A DNA stretch of 64,000 bases from Candidatus Palauibacter sp. (GCF_965213655.1 NZ_CBDBZT010000003.1:3022307-3086306); one strand, 5' to 3'. Shown: positions 17,149-28,716, numbered from the stretch's first letter. A program made the numbers and translations. The notes: generated by a model from the sequence alone, not told the origin.

Positions 17149-19791
17149 ATGAGGACGGTACCAACGCTCTGGCGCGATCAAGCGCCTAAGCCCGCTTGGG
17201 GCAAGTACCGTGACGAGACCGGCGAGTTCCACCCGCTGGAGCACCATTCCGCCGATGTCGCCGCATGCTTCGAGGCCTTGCTTCGCGATCCGGTACTCCG
17301 GGAGCGCTTCACGCAGGCGGCGGGCGCGGAGGGCTTCAGCCGCCTCGCGGAAGCGCGGCTCTGTCTCATCGCCTTTCTTCACGACTTCGGGAAGCTGAAC
17401 GTGGGGTTTCAGTTCGGCGTGCTGGGCGCTGGCTCGCCGGCACCAGAGAGGGTCAATCACATCAAGGCTGCACTCTGGGCTTGCGAGCGCATGGAAATGC
17501 TTCAGGCGCTCGGTCTCTTGGACATGGTCGCTTGGGGTGCCGAAGCACTGGAAGAATACCTCCGCGCAGCACTCGGCCATCATGGGACCCCGGGCCGTCA
17601 ACCGGTTTCACGGCGAGGTCCCGACAAGATCTGGCGCCCGTTCGGCGACTACGACCCGGGCGCGGCCGCGCAATTGCTGGCTCAACGCGCGCGCGAATGG
17701 TTCCCGGAGGCGTTCGAAGCAGGTCCCGAGCTCCCGCGCTCGCCCGCACTGGCCCATCTCTTCGCCGGAGTGCTGACGCTCGCCGACCAGCTCGGGTCGA
17801 ACGAGGAGTTCTTCCCCTTCTGCTCGTCCCCTGATCCGGATTACTTGCAACGGGCCCGTCAACACGCGCGGCGAGCGGTAGCTGAGTCGGGTTTCCGGCG
17901 AGAGGATTGGGCCAGCGAGGCGAGAGCTGCCGACTTTAGCGCGGACGCAGACTATCGGAAGGTCTTCGAGTTCGATTCCCCGCGGCCCTTGCAACGGGCT
18001 GTGGCCGATGTACCGGTCGACTGCCCGTTACTGATCCTTGAGAGCGAGACCGGGTCGGGCAAGACGGAAGCAGCGTTGATACGTTTTGCCAAGCTATGGA
18101 GGGCTGGAAAGGTCGACGGCCTGTACTTTGCGCTCCCTACCCGAGCTGCTGCAGCTCAACTCCATCGACGAGTCCACTCGGCGTTGGAGCGGTTGTTCCC
18201 AAGCCGCGCCCAGCTTTCGACGGTCTTGGCGGTGCCAGGCTATCTGAAGGTTGGAGAAACGCATGGGAAACGCGTCGGTCGGTTCGACGTGGCATGGACA
18301 GACGATCCAGGCGAGGCGGTGCTGCGTGCGCGATGGTCGGCAGAGAGCGCACGCAAGTTCCTGACTGCCACCGCGGCCGTGGGGACGGTCGACCAAGTCT
18401 TGCTTGCAGGGCTGCTGGCTAAGTGGGCCCATTTTCGAGGTGCTTCACTTGCTCGTAGTCTCCTCGTCGTCGACGAGGTTCACGCGAGCGACATCTATAT
18501 GAGCGAGGTGCTTCGCGCGTTGCTCCGTGATCATCTTGCCGTGGGTGGCCATGCGCTACTCATGTCCGCCACCCTCGGTTCCAGAGCGCGGGATGCCCTC
18601 GTCAAGAATGCCACCGCGCGTCGAGACCCGCCCGGTCTACAGCAAGCCAAGGCTCATCCCTACCCTGCGCTGACGCTGGCTCGACGAGATCAGACCTTCT
18701 CCGTCCAGAGCTTCGAGCATACGGGGTACACCAAACGGGTTGGGATGACCGCCGAGCCACTGTTGGGGCAGATTGCGGGTATCGCCTCCCGGGCGCTGGG
18801 TGAGGCGGAGAGGGGTGGCAAAGTTCTCGTCATCCTCAACACCGTCGGGCAGGCGCAGGCCGTCTTCGCGGAGGTCTGCGGTCAGGGAGGTCAGCGGCTC
18901 TGCCTTCAGGTGGAAGATGGCCCCGCCGTCCATCACAGCCGCTTCGCGGTGGAGGACAGGCGACTGTTGGACGCTGCCGTTGAGAAGACGCTAGGAAAGA
19001 AAAGGCCGGTGGGCCGTCAGATCGTGATCGGGACGCAGACCCTGGAGCAATCTTTGGATATCGATGCCGACCTGCTCATCTCCGACCTTTGTCCCGTGGA
19101 CGTTCTACTTCAACGAATCGGCAGGGTCCAGCGGCACGCCCGGACGGAGAGACCAGCTGGCTTCTCCCGCCCGCGCTGCGTGGTGCTCGTGCCGGCGAAG
19201 GGCCTCGATGCGGGTCTCGATGGAGGATTGCTCCGTTACGGTCTGGGCATGTCAAGGCATGGGGGGATCTATCGGGATCTCCGGGTGCTGGAACTGACCC
19301 GTCGGTTGATCGACACACGACCCCAATGGCTGATCCCGGGATCGAACCGGGAGCTCGTAGAGGAAGCGACGCACCCGGAACGGCTCGCGGCGATCGAGGA
19401 CGAGTTGGGCGGCCGCTGGCTGGACAAGGCGAACGAAGCCATCGGTAGAGCTGCGGCGGAACAGCTGACGGCGAGGGCGCACCTGCTGAACCGCGGCAGC
19501 CGATTCTCCGACCTAGTATTCCCTCCGCTTGACGAGCGAGTGCGGACTCGCTTGGGCGACGACGGTCCGCGCATTAGTCTCTCGGAGCCCGTCGAGGGAC
19601 CATTCGGCCGATCGGTCAAGACGTTCAATCTGCCGGCACACTTGTTCGGGAAACCCTCCGACCTCCCGTCCCGCGACGAGATCGAGTCGGCGAAGTTGGA
19701 GCGAACCGACGACGGGCTGTTTCTCCATGTAGGGTCGCGAACGTTTCCGTACGATCGCAGGGGGATCAGTCCGGCGACGGAGAAGGCATGA
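17149..19791 (+). CDS. cas3: Cas3 (HD nuclease plus SF2 helicase), type I-E
   Basis: HD motif LIAFLHDFGKLNVGFQ, helicase motif I LESETGSGKTEAAL, DEVH-like VVDEVHASD. Alternative upstream starts are 17008 and 16783 (the latter would overlap hicB). Confidence 0.9.
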   Translation: MRTVPTLWRDQAPKPAWGKYRDETGEFHPLEHHSADVAACFEALLRDPVLRERFTQAAGAEGFSRLAEARLCLIAFLHDFGKLNVGFQFGVLGAGSPAPERVNHIKAALWACERMEMLQALGLLDMVAWGAEALEEYLRAALGHHGTPGRQPVSRRGPDKIWRPFGDYDPGAAAQLLAQRAREWFPEAFEAGPELPRSPALAHLFAGVLTLADQLGSNEEFFPFCSSPDPDYLQRARQHARRAVAESGFRREDWASEARAADFSADADYRKVFEFDSPRPLQRAVADVPVDCPLLILESETGSGKTEAALIRFAKLWRAGKVDGLYFALPTRAAAAQLHRRVHSALERLFPSRAQLSTVLAVPGYLKVGETHGKRVGRFDVAWTDDPGEAVLRARWSAESARKFLTATAAVGTVDQVLLAGLLAKWAHFRGASLARSLLVVDEVHASDIYMSEVLRALLRDHLAVGGHALLMSATLGSRARDALVKNATARRDPPGLQQAKAHPYPALTLARRDQTFSVQSFEHTGYTKRVGMTAEPLLGQIAGIASRALGEAERGGKVLVILNTVGQAQAVFAEVCGQGGQRLCLQVEDGPAVHHSRFAVEDRRLLDAAVEKTLGKKRPVGRQIVIGTQTLEQSLDIDADLLISDLCPVDVLLQRIGRVQRHARTERPAGFSRPRCVVLVPAKGLDAGLDGGLLRYGLGMSRHGGIYRDLRVLELTRRLIDTRPQWLIPGSNRELVEEATHPERLAAIEDELGGRWLDKANEAIGRAAAEQLTARAHLLNRGSRFSDLVFPPLDERVRTRLGDDGPRISLSEPVEGPFGRSVKTFNLPAHLFGKPSDLPSRDEIESAKLERTDDGLFLHVGSRTFPYDRRGISPATEKA

Positions 19792-21449
19792 ACGTCGGGT
19801 CGCGGACAACGGACGTTGAGAACCACCGGAAATCATCATCGAGGAAAGCGTCGATGCACAATCTCCTTGCTGAGCAGTTGATCCGTTTCCGCAGCGTGGA
19901 CGGCTTGGTAGAGGTCGAGTCGCTGCCCGGCGTTTACGCAGCCATGGTTGCAGATCGCGTTGAGTCGTTCCCCGCATTGCGGCCGCACCAGCGGCACGCG
20001 TGGCATGCCTTCCTCGCGCAACTGGCCGTCTTGGCCTTGGTGCGAGCCCAGCGACACGAGCCGCCCCAACTCGAAGGCGAGTGGCGACAACTCCTCCGGG
20101 CGCTGACCCCCGCTTTCCGCGACGACGCACCTTGGTGCCTTGTCGTTCAAGACCCGTCTCGGCCGGCGTTCATGCAGTGTCCGGCCACCAGCGGGCTTGC
20201 CGAGTATAGGAAATCGGTGGACACGCCCGATGACCTGGATCTTCTCGTGACTTCCAAGAACCATGACTTGAAGTCGTCTGTTGCGGCCGAAGCTGCGGTG
20301 GACGATTGGCTATTCTCCTTGGTAAGCCTCCAAACAATGAGCGGGTATCCGGGTCGGGGGAACTACGGAGTTGCTCGCATGAACGGAGGATGGTCCTCGC
20401 GGCCCTGCTTGGGGCTTGCCCCGGCCGCTGGTGGTGTCGGTGCACATCTTGTCCATGACATCCGTCAAATGATTGATCAGCGGTCAGCTCTGCTCGAGCT
20501 ATACGAGCAGTATTTCCTAACCGAGAGCGGCGTAGGACTGACATGGCTCGAGCCTTGGGACGGGAGGCATTCGCTACGGCTCGTGGATCTCGATCCCTAC
20601 TTCATTGAGATCTGCCGACGAGTCCGAATGGTGAGCCACGGGCGGGGATTCGTAGCCCGCTGTGCTTCGTCAAGGGTCCGTCGAATCGCGGCGGCTGAGG
20701 CCAAAGGCGCTGTTGGCGACCACTGGACGCCCGTCAAAGTAGGCGACGAGACGAAGGCTTTCTCGGTTACCGAGGCGGGATTTCGTTACGACCGACTCGC
20801 CGAGTTGATTCTCGACCAGAGCGCCTACCTGCCCGTGCCGGCAATGTCCATCGGCTCGTCGGAGGGCGACTCTTGGCGCCTCGTAGCTCGCGGCGTAGCG
20901 GGGGGGCAAGGGGGTAAGACCAAGGGCTACCATGAGCGGGCCGACATCATCCTGTCCCCGCGAGTAGCCCGTTCGCTCTTTCTCGGAGGCGAGGACCGTC
21001 TGACCTTGGAGGAACTCGCAAGACGCCAACTCGCCGAGGTCAAGGAAGTCATCTCCGCCCTGCGCCGCGGGATCGCCATCGCAGCGAGTGGAGGGAAGGA
21101 CGCGGGACCCGTCGACAGGACCGATCGGAAGGCGGCGGCACCGTACGCCCTGCGGCTCGACTCGTTCGCCGATGCTCATTTTTTTGAAGCCCTCCAGTCG
21201 CGCTTTGGAGTACCCGAGGAGCTACAAGCCGGAGCGCGTCGCCGGTTTGTGCGACGCCTGATCAGACGGGCGGAAGCGCTGCTCGGGGAAGCGATTCGAA
21301 CGGTTTCTTCTTCGGCGATACATCGCTACAGGGCGGAGGCTCGCGCCAGGAGCGCATTTCACTGGCGCCTGCGCGGATCCGACAGCGTCTTCAGCGATCA
21401 ACCAGATATCTTTGAGACCGAAAGCGAGGAGGAGCCACATGAGACCTGA
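19788..21449 (+). CDS. cas8e: Cas8e/Cse1 (CasA), Cascade large subunit
   Basis: 553 aa with ATGA overlap to cas3. LRPHQRHAWHAFLAQL is a Cse1-type N-terminus. Confidence 0.85.
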   Translation: MNVGSRTTDVENHRKSSSRKASMHNLLAEQLIRFRSVDGLVEVESLPGVYAAMVADRVESFPALRPHQRHAWHAFLAQLAVLALVRAQRHEPPQLEGEWRQLLRALTPAFRDDAPWCLVVQDPSRPAFMQCPATSGLAEYRKSVDTPDDLDLLVTSKNHDLKSSVAAEAAVDDWLFSLVSLQTMSGYPGRGNYGVARMNGGWSSRPCLGLAPAAGGVGAHLVHDIRQMIDQRSALLELYEQYFLTESGVGLTWLEPWDGRHSLRLVDLDPYFIEICRRVRMVSHGRGFVARCASSRVRRIAAAEAKGAVGDHWTPVKVGDETKAFSVTEAGFRYDRLAELILDQSAYLPVPAMSIGSSEGDSWRLVARGVAGGQGGKTKGYHERADIILSPRVARSLFLGGEDRLTLEELARRQLAEVKEVISALRRGIAIAASGGKDAGPVDRTDRKAAAPYALRLDSFADAHFFEALQSRFGVPEELQAGARRRFVRRLIRRAEALLGEAIRTVSSSAIHRYRAEARARSAFHWRLRGSDSVFSDQPDIFETESEEEPHET

Positions 21450-21999
21450 CGATGTTCCGGCACCGGCGGGGGATCGCAGCGCGGATCTCGGTTTGCTCGT
21501 TGTACGGTTGGCCGCTCACATCGTGCGTCTCAAGCCGGGACCGGCGGCGGCGCTTCGCCGAGGGCCCCTCGAAGGCGAAGGGAGCGCAGCGCTCTGGCAG
21601 TTGATGGCGACCAACGGAATTGAGGGGCGGGGGGATGATCTGCCCAAGTGGGGCACCATCATGCAAGCTATCGCAATACTCACCCCGAGGGGCGGCGACG
21701 ACAGGAAGCGGTCCGCCCACGATGGAAGCAAGCCGATGGGCGCGGTGCTTGCCGAGGCTAACATATCGGAGTTGCGGCTTGCGCGACTCCTTGCGTCGCG
21801 GGGCGAGATGCGCCGGAAGCTAGCTGTCCGCACCTGTCGACGACTCGCCGCCAGTGAATCAGTCAGATTCGATCTGCGCACCCTCGCGAAGTTCATTTTG
21901 TGGGACAACGATGAGAGTCAAGCCCATTGGATCGCCCGTCACTACTATAGGATCCCCGCCAAGGCGAGAGACGCACAACTAGGAGATGCTAGCAAATGA
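21439..21999 (+). CDS. cse2: Cas11/Cse2 (CasB), Cascade small subunit
   Basis: About 186 aa. Alpha-helical and Arg-rich. Sits between cas8e and cas7. Confidence 0.7.
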   Translation: MRPDDVPAPAGDRSADLGLLVVRLAAHIVRLKPGPAAALRRGPLEGEGSAALWQLMATNGIEGRGDDLPKWGTIMQAIAILTPRGGDDRKRSAHDGSKPMGAVLAEANISELRLARLLASRGEMRRKLAVRTCRRLAASESVRFDLRTLAKFILWDNDESQAHWIARHYYRIPAKARDAQLGDASK

Positions 22000-23120
22000 C
22001 GACTTCCCGTTTCCTTCAGATCCACAGCCTCCACGGCTACTCTTCGGTGCTATTGAATCGCGACGATTCCGGGCTGGCAAAGCGCATCGAATACGGTGGG
22101 TGTATGCGTACCCGCATATCGTCGCAGTGTCTCAAGCGGCACTGGCGGGTCGCCGATAGCGTGCATGCGCTCACTGGTATCGACGGTGCCCCCACGGCGA
22201 CTCGCTCGCGCGAGATCGTCACTCTGGAAGTGGTGCGTCCGCTGCGCGAAGCCGAGCACGATGAGGATGTGGTGACCGTGGTGGACAAGGCCTTTCAAAC
22301 CGCCGTGTATGGGGACAGGGGCGACCAGCGTAGCAGCCGTCAGCCGCTCCTCCTGGGCTCGCCGGAGGTCGAATTCCTCGCCAAGGAGGCGAGCCGGATC
22401 GCGGCATTGCCACCGGCGGAGGCGAAGGCTGCCGCAAAGGCTTGGGCAAAGAACTCCCGGGCTAACATGAAGGCGATGAGAGAAGAGTGTCGCCTGCCCG
22501 GCGGACTCGTAGCGGCGCTGTTCGGTCGGATGGTGACGTCTGACGTGGAAGCGAACATCCATGCGGCCGTACACGTTGCCCACGCCTTCACCGTGCACCG
22601 CGAAGAGAGCGAGAGCGATTACTTCACGGTCGTTGACGATCTCCGGCGGATCGAGGATGATCCCGGGGCCGACCACATTGGCGAGACGGAACTCACCAGC
22701 GGTCTCTTCTACGGGTACGTGGTGGTCGACCGTAAAATCCTGCTGAATAATCTGGCCGGGGACATCGAGATGGCGGGGGAGGTCTGTCGACGCCTGATCC
22801 ACCTTATTGCCACGGTGACCCCCGGAGCCAAGTTGGGTTCGACCGCACCCTATGGGTACGCCAGTTGGATGATGGCGGAAGCCGGAGACCGTCAGCCGCG
22901 CAGCCTCGCTGGGGCCTTCCGGCGTCCATGCAGCGCCACCACTCAAGCCGCCGAGAAGGCGTTGAGCGGGCATCTTGCTCGTCTCGACGAGACCTACGAG
23001 ACGGGCGAGGTGAGGAGAGCTTTGAGTCTCAACTGTGCGGCGATGCCCAATGCGGAACTGGTTTCACTAAGCGGGCTCGCGGATTGGGCGGCTGACGTCA
23101 TGGCACGAGGGCAAACGTGA
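21996..23120 (+). CDS. cas7: Cas7e (CasC), Cascade backbone subunit
   Basis: 374 aa, MTTSRFLQIHSLHGYSSVLLNRDDSGLAKRIEYGGCMRTRISSQCLKRHWR. Confidence 0.85.
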   Translation: MTTSRFLQIHSLHGYSSVLLNRDDSGLAKRIEYGGCMRTRISSQCLKRHWRVADSVHALTGIDGAPTATRSREIVTLEVVRPLREAEHDEDVVTVVDKAFQTAVYGDRGDQRSSRQPLLLGSPEVEFLAKEASRIAALPPAEAKAAAKAWAKNSRANMKAMREECRLPGGLVAALFGRMVTSDVEANIHAAVHVAHAFTVHREESESDYFTVVDDLRRIEDDPGADHIGETELTSGLFYGYVVVDRKILLNNLAGDIEMAGEVCRRLIHLIATVTPGAKLGSTAPYGYASWMMAEAGDRQPRSLAGAFRRPCSATTQAAEKALSGHLARLDETYETGEVRRALSLNCAAMPNAELVSLSGLADWAADVMARGQT

Positions 23121-23830
23121 TGCGGTGGTTGCATTTGAGGTTCGAAGCTCCCCTCGCTTCGTTTGGAGGGGAGGCGATTGATGCCCGAGGCGTGATTCGC
23201 GACTTCCCCGCTCAATCCATGCTCACGGGGCTCTTCGCAAACGCCCTCGGCTGGACCCGGGCCATGAAGACGGAGCACCAGGCGCTTCAGGACCGCATCG
23301 TGTTCGCGGCCGCCCACGACGAGAGCCCCGACATTCGGCGTCTTACGGACTACCAAACGGCACAGCTCGGCAAAGCTGACAGGGCTTGGACGACAAGGGG
23401 GACTCCGGTGGGACGTGAGAGCGCTGCCAGTACTCTTGCCGGAGCACACCAGCGCTGGCGGGATTACCATTCGGACCTCCGACTCTCCCTCGTCGTGCGT
23501 CTTGAGCCCGCTGAATCAACCCCGACGCTTGAACAACTCGCGCAGGCTTTGAAACGGCCCGCCCGCCCGCTGTTTCTTGGTCGAAAGCCATGCCTCCCCT
23601 CGACCGCGATGTTCCGTGCTTGGGTGGACGAGGCGGATGCGCACAAGGCACTCAGCGCAGTCCTTCCGGCCGGCAGGGACTACTACGCCATGTGGCCACC
23701 CCCGGAGACGACACGGGGAGTGCACGCGACAAGGCTTGTTGCGGATGAACGAAACTGGGCGAGCGGTCTGCACGGCGGAGCTCGCAGAATCTGTACGGGC
23801 CGCGTGGATGGACGGGAGCGAGTGCGATGA
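23117..23830 (+). CDS. cas5: Cas5e (CasD)
   Basis: 237 aa, MMRWLHLRFEAPLASFGGEAIDARGVIRDFPAQSMLTGLFANALGW. Confidence 0.85.
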   Translation: MMRWLHLRFEAPLASFGGEAIDARGVIRDFPAQSMLTGLFANALGWTRAMKTEHQALQDRIVFAAAHDESPDIRRLTDYQTAQLGKADRAWTTRGTPVGRESAASTLAGAHQRWRDYHSDLRLSLVVRLEPAESTPTLEQLAQALKRPARPLFLGRKPCLPSTAMFRAWVDEADAHKALSAVLPAGRDYYAMWPPPETTRGVHATRLVADERNWASGLHGGARRICTGRVDGRERVR

Positions 23831-24612
23831 CGCACATGGTGTATCTGCCCTACAGCCACGAGGCGTTGGGTCGGTGGAGCGGCGGCAGGCGCTTGATGAG
23901 GCATGGGGTTTTCGATGAAGGATACGCTCTCCACGTTCTCCTGAGCGCCGTCTTCGGAAAGGGCATGCTGCAGCCGTTCCGAACGTTCCGGCCATCGAGA
24001 GGAGAAGGAGGCGCTCTATACGCGTATTCGGACCTAGACCAAGAGGCCCTCTGCGCTGTGGCCGAGGCCGCTGCACCGCCAGACGGCTTGGAAGTGGTGG
24101 ATGTTGCCGAACTCCGAACGAAGCCCATGCCTGACCGTTTCTCGCCCGGCCAACGGTTGGGGTTCGACGTTCGGATTCGCCCGGTGCGGAGACTCGCACG
24201 CGACCTGTCTGACTCGCAGTCGGGTAAAGTGATCCGCAAGGGCAGCGAAATCGACGCCTTCAGGCTGGAGTTGTTGCGCCGGTCCCCAGATGGATGGAAG
24301 GCGTCCGAGGAAGCTCCGGCCGCCCGCGTTTCCCGTGACCATGTCTATGCGGCTTGGCTGGCGGAACGGCTCGCGGGTGCTGCGGAAGTCGACGCTCGGT
24401 CCTTTCGGCTGGCATCTTTCCATCGGCTCCGCGTCATCCGCGGAGATGGGCGGGGTCCCGAAGGGCCGGACTCCGTCGTGCATGGCGACTGTGTCGTCGA
24501 GGACCCTGCCTCGTTCGCCGCCATGCTCGCCAAGGGTGTGGGGAGGCACAGGGCATACGGCTACGGCATGTTGATCATCCGTCCGCCGGGCACGCCTCCC
24601 CGAAGCCGATAG
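23827..24612 (+). CDS. cas6e: Cas6e (CasE) crRNA endoribonuclease
   Basis: 261 aa, Gly-rich C-terminus. Position in the operon. Confidence 0.8.
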   Translation: MTHMVYLPYSHEALGRWSGGRRLMRHGVFDEGYALHVLLSAVFGKGMLQPFRTFRPSRGEGGALYAYSDLDQEALCAVAEAAAPPDGLEVVDVAELRTKPMPDRFSPGQRLGFDVRIRPVRRLARDLSDSQSGKVIRKGSEIDAFRLELLRRSPDGWKASEEAPAARVSRDHVYAAWLAERLAGAAEVDARSFRLASFHRLRVIRGDGRGPEGPDSVVHGDCVVEDPASFAAMLAKGVGRHRAYGYGMLIIRPPGTPPRSR

Positions 24613-24618
24613 CGACTC

Positions 24619-25500
24619 ATGCTGATTGGACGTTTGGGGCTGGATACCGCGCGAATACCGCATGCCGACCGGCACGGGTTACTGTGGCTTGCCCGAGGGA
24701 CACTCACCGTACGAGATGGCACGTTGTCTTTCGAACGGATGGAGAAGGCCTCGTCGGGCGACGCGCTGGAACGGGGACGGTACACCATCCCGTTCCAAGG
24801 TGTCTCGATGATCCTTATGGGCCCCGGTTCGACCGTCAGCCACGATGCCCTTCGACTCCTTGCTCGGCACGGTACCGCTCTCGCGGCTGTCGGGACTGAC
24901 GGAGTTCGAATGTACACCGCCCCGCCGCTGATGTCCGGTCGATCGGGTCTCGCGAGAGTCCAAGCACGCTGCTGGGCGGACGAAGAGGCGCGATTGGACA
25001 TTGCGCGGCACATGTATTCCTGGCGCCTCGGAGAAGTGTTCGCTCACCGCAGTATCTCCGCCCTGCGGGGCATGGAGGGGGCACGTATGAGGGAGACTTA
25101 CCGCCTCATCGCGCAGCAGGTAGGGATTGAGTGGCGCGGGCGCCGTTACGATCGACAGCGGCCGGGGGCCGCCGACCTACCGAATCAAGCGCTAAACCAC
25201 GCCTCAAGCGCGGTGGAGGCCGCTGCGGCCGTCGCTGTGGCTTCCACCGCGACGATCCCTCAACTCGGCTTCATCCATGAGGACGCGAGCCAATCGTTCG
25301 TCCTTGATATCGCCGACCTCTTTCGCGACTCGGTCCTGATTCCGGCCGCTTTTCGCGCGGCAAAGCAGGCTTCTCAAGGGGCGTACGCGAACATCGAGAG
25401 GCTGGCCAGGGAGGAAACGGGCACTACCCTCGCAAGGACCGGGACGATCTCCAAGATGATCACCCGGATCAAACAACTGTTCCCCGACGATGCGGACTGA
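24619..25500 (+). CDS. cas1: Cas1, type I-E integrase
   Basis: 293 aa, MLIGRLGLDTARIPHADRHGLLWLARGTLTVRDGTLSF... Confidence 0.9.
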   Translation: MLIGRLGLDTARIPHADRHGLLWLARGTLTVRDGTLSFERMEKASSGDALERGRYTIPFQGVSMILMGPGSTVSHDALRLLARHGTALAAVGTDGVRMYTAPPLMSGRSGLARVQARCWADEEARLDIARHMYSWRLGEVFAHRSISALRGMEGARMRETYRLIAQQVGIEWRGRRYDRQRPGAADLPNQALNHASSAVEAAAAVAVASTATIPQLGFIHEDASQSFVLDIADLFRDSVLIPAAFRAAKQASQGAYANIERLAREETGTTLARTGTISKMITRIKQLFPDDAD

Positions 25501-25505
25501 GTCAG

Positions 25506-25853
25506 ATGCCGGCGACAGTTGTCGTGACAAGGGATGTTGAAGCTCGGTACCGCGGTTTTCTCGCCTCGGTGATGCTGGAGGTAGCGCCTGGCGTCTATGT
25601 GGGTCCGAACGTCTCCAAAGCGGTCCGTGAGCGGATATGGGGCGTGCTGGCCAAGTGGTTCAGCTTGCTCGGACGTGGAGCCATCACGATGGTACATCCC
25701 GACGCCTCAGCCCCCGGCAAACTCAGAATTTATCAGTTAGGAGACCCCCCAAAGGAGATCTGGGAGGCGGATGGGGTACTATTGGTCAGACATGGTTCGA
25801 CCGACGAGTCCGATCCAACCTTGGACGCGGTGAGCGAACCGCGCCACGAATGA
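25506..25853 (+). CDS. cas2: Cas2, type I-E
   Basis: 115 aa, MPATVVVTRDVEARYRGFLASVMLEVAPGVYVGPN... Confidence 0.85.
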   Translation: MPATVVVTRDVEARYRGFLASVMLEVAPGVYVGPNVSKAVRERIWGVLAKWFSLLGRGAITMVHPDASAPGKLRIYQLGDPPKEIWEADGVLLVRHGSTDESDPTLDAVSEPRHE

Positions 25854-25899
25854 TACGAGAAACACATATAAATACCTTCAGTCGACCTGGAAGTAAAGA
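25854..25899 (+). promoter_or_regulatory. short AT-rich CRISPR leader between cas2 and the first repeat
   Basis: tgatacgagaaacacatataaataccttcagtcgacctggaagtaaagag is strikingly AT-rich for this genome and lies directly between the cas2 stop and repeat 1. Confidence 0.5.
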
Positions 25900-28683
25900 G
25901 GTTCCCCCGCACGGGCGGGGATAGACCGACAGGACGCGGGGCGAGCACGAGATGCCTGGGGGTTCCCCCGCACGGGCGGGGATAGACCGCGTTCACGCGA
26001 GCTTACAGACCGTGGCATCCAGGTTCCCCCGCACGGGCGGGGATAGACCCGTGGACAACCGGATCGCCGATTGGGCGTGTCAGGTTCCCCCGCACGGGCG
26101 GGGATAGACCCCCGGCGTAGCTGACGGCGGTCCCAACCGACACGGTTCCCCCGCACGGGCGGGGATAGACCCTATCGGGGCGAGTTGGCCCGCAGCTACC
26201 GGGTGGTTCCCCCGCACGGGCGGGGATAGACCTACAAGGACCGGCGCGGCGTCTCGAAGTCGGCGGGTTCCCCCGCACGGGCGGGGATAGACCCCGCCCA
26301 GCTCGACGCAGCGGCAGATTGTCCGGGGTTCCCCCGCACGGGCGGGGATAGACCCTCGCGCCACGGCTGGCCTGCATCGACGAACATGGTTCCCCCGCAC
26401 GGGCGGGGATAGACCGCCTGCAACCGACCGACCGACCGCTCTGCCGCTGGTTCCCCCGCACGGGCGGGGATAGACCGCAAGCAGGCATCCCACCCGAGGA
26501 AATGGGCGGGGTTCCCCCGCACGGGCGGGGATAGACCCTCGATGCCGATGCGCTGGCCAAGGCGCTCCACGGTTCCCCCGCACGGGCGGGGATAGACCCG
26601 GAAGTTCGGTGGGACGGGGGCGGCACAGCATGGTTCCCCCGCACGGGCGGGGATAGACCCCCGTTCGACGCAGTGCGCCAGCAACTCCTCCAGGTTCCCC
26701 CGCACGGGCGGGGATAGACCGCCGGATACGGGGTTCGAGGCGCGCGCGAAAGCGGTTCCCCCGCACGGGCGGGGATAGACCCGTAACCGCGACAACCCCA
26801 AGGGGGCATCATGGGGTTCCCCCGCACGGGCGGGGATAGACCCGAGTACCGCTGCGGGACCGCGCCAGCCTCCAGGGTTCCCCCGCACGGGCGGGGATAG
26901 ACCGCCGAAGAAACTCCCACACCAAGTTGCCACGGTGGTTCCCCCGCACGGGCGGGGATAGACCGCTGAACGCCTCGCCGCCGTTGGGCGGGGCCGGGGT
27001 TCCCCCGCACGGGCGGGGATAGACCGACCGGGCATGTGATTCCTTGCGAGCCGACCCGGGTTCCCCCGCACGGGCGGGGATAGACCGCGGCCCGCTACTA
27101 CGGGATCGTCACCGCCGGGGGTTCCCCCGCACGGGCGGGGATAGACCGACTGCACAGAATGCAGGGAGTGCCTGTATTGCGGTTCCCCCGCACGGGCGGG
27201 GATAGACCCGAGGGCGCGTGAGCGTACGCATATTCCAAGGTGGTTCCCCCGCACGGGCGGGGATAGACCGCTGGTAGACCCGCGCACCTACAAGAGCATG
27301 GTGGTTCCCCCGCACGGGCGGGGATAGACCCCGGACGCAGGTTGACCGGCTGTACTCGAAGGTGGTTCCCCCGCACGGGCGGGGATAGACCGGAATCGAC
27401 GGAAGAGCGGATCCGGCGCGAGGCGGTTCCCCCGCACGGGCGGGGATAGACCTTGGGAGTCCGCAAAGGCCGAGATCATACGCGCGGTTCCCCCGCACGG
27501 GCGGGGATAGACCGTCCAAGCTCATCGGGATCGAGGTCGGAGCGACGGTTCCCCCGCACGGGCGGGGATAGACCGAGGTAGCCGGCGGCGAAGGCGAGGA
27601 TGGGCGTGGTTCCCCCGCACGGGCGGGGATAGACCCATCGGGACCGGAGTTCCCCGGCACGAGATCCGGGTTCCCCCGCACGGGCGGGGATAGACCCGCT
27701 GGAAGGAACACTACCGGCGAGACCACGGCGGTTCCCCCGCACGGGCGGGGATAGACCTCCTACCGAACGACTCGGCGCATCCGGTCCCTGGGTTCCCCCG
27801 CACGGGCGGGGATAGACCCGCGCCATCCGCCTGCATGAAGACGCTCGCCGTGGTTCCCCCGCACGGGCGGGGATAGACCCCCGGCAGGACCACGGACGCG
27901 CGTTCCGTGCCGGGTTCCCCCGCACGGGCGGGGATAGACCCCCGATAAGCGCGCTTTGGCTCGCGGCGCTCCGGGTTCCCCCGCACGGGCGGGGATAGAC
28001 CCCCCCCCAGCTGGAGCACCAATTTACCGCTAGCGGGTTCCCCCGCACGGGCGGGGATAGACCGTCGGTGCGTGACGAGCGGAGCAAGGCGTGGCAGGTT
28101 CCCCCGCACGGGCGGGGATAGACCGCGGGCGGCCGGGACGTGGGAGGATGCGGACAAGGTTCCCCCGCACGGGCGGGGATAGACCTCGGGCATAGCTCGA
28201 TCAAGCCCCTCACGGGTTGGTTCCCCCGCACGGGCGGGGATAGACCCGGTCCTCAGGCGGTCGGCTCGGCAGAGTCGTAGGTTCCCCCGCACGGGCGGGG
28301 ATAGACCGTGGGGAATCAAGGTCCAAGGGCAAGCGGGTGAGGTTCCCCCGCACGGGCGGGGATAGACCCTACACGCAGATCAGCCGGAAGCTGGTCGTGA
28401 TGGTTCCCCCGCACGGGCGGGGATAGACCCTCCCCAACGTGCCACACCTGGAGCGTATCGCCGGTTCCCCCGCACGGGCGGGGATAGACCCGTAGTACCG
28501 CCTACACCGCCGACGCTCTGTCCGGTTCCCCCGCACGGGCGGGGATAGACCTCACCACCCGTGCAGGCCCAGCGCCCGACGATTGGTTCCCCCGCACGGG
28601 CGGGGATAGACCCAGCGTATTCCAATCGGCCACTACTTGGGGCAGGGTTCCCCCGCACGGGCGGGGATAGACCGATGATCGGC
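25900..28683 (+). CRISPR. type I-E CRISPR array, about 46 copies of GGTTCCCCCGCACGGGCGGGGATAGACC with spacers of about 32-34 nt
   Basis: Perfect 28-nt repeat at 61-nt period through at least the first 19 units (25900, 25961, 26022, ..., 26998). The last canonical unit is at 28656-28683. The repeat has the I-E stem CCCCGC..GCGGGG and the same orientation as the E. coli I-E repeat. Confidence 0.95.
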
Positions 28684-28716
28684 GTACACAAGAGGGCGTC
28701 ATGCGGCGGCCGCCGT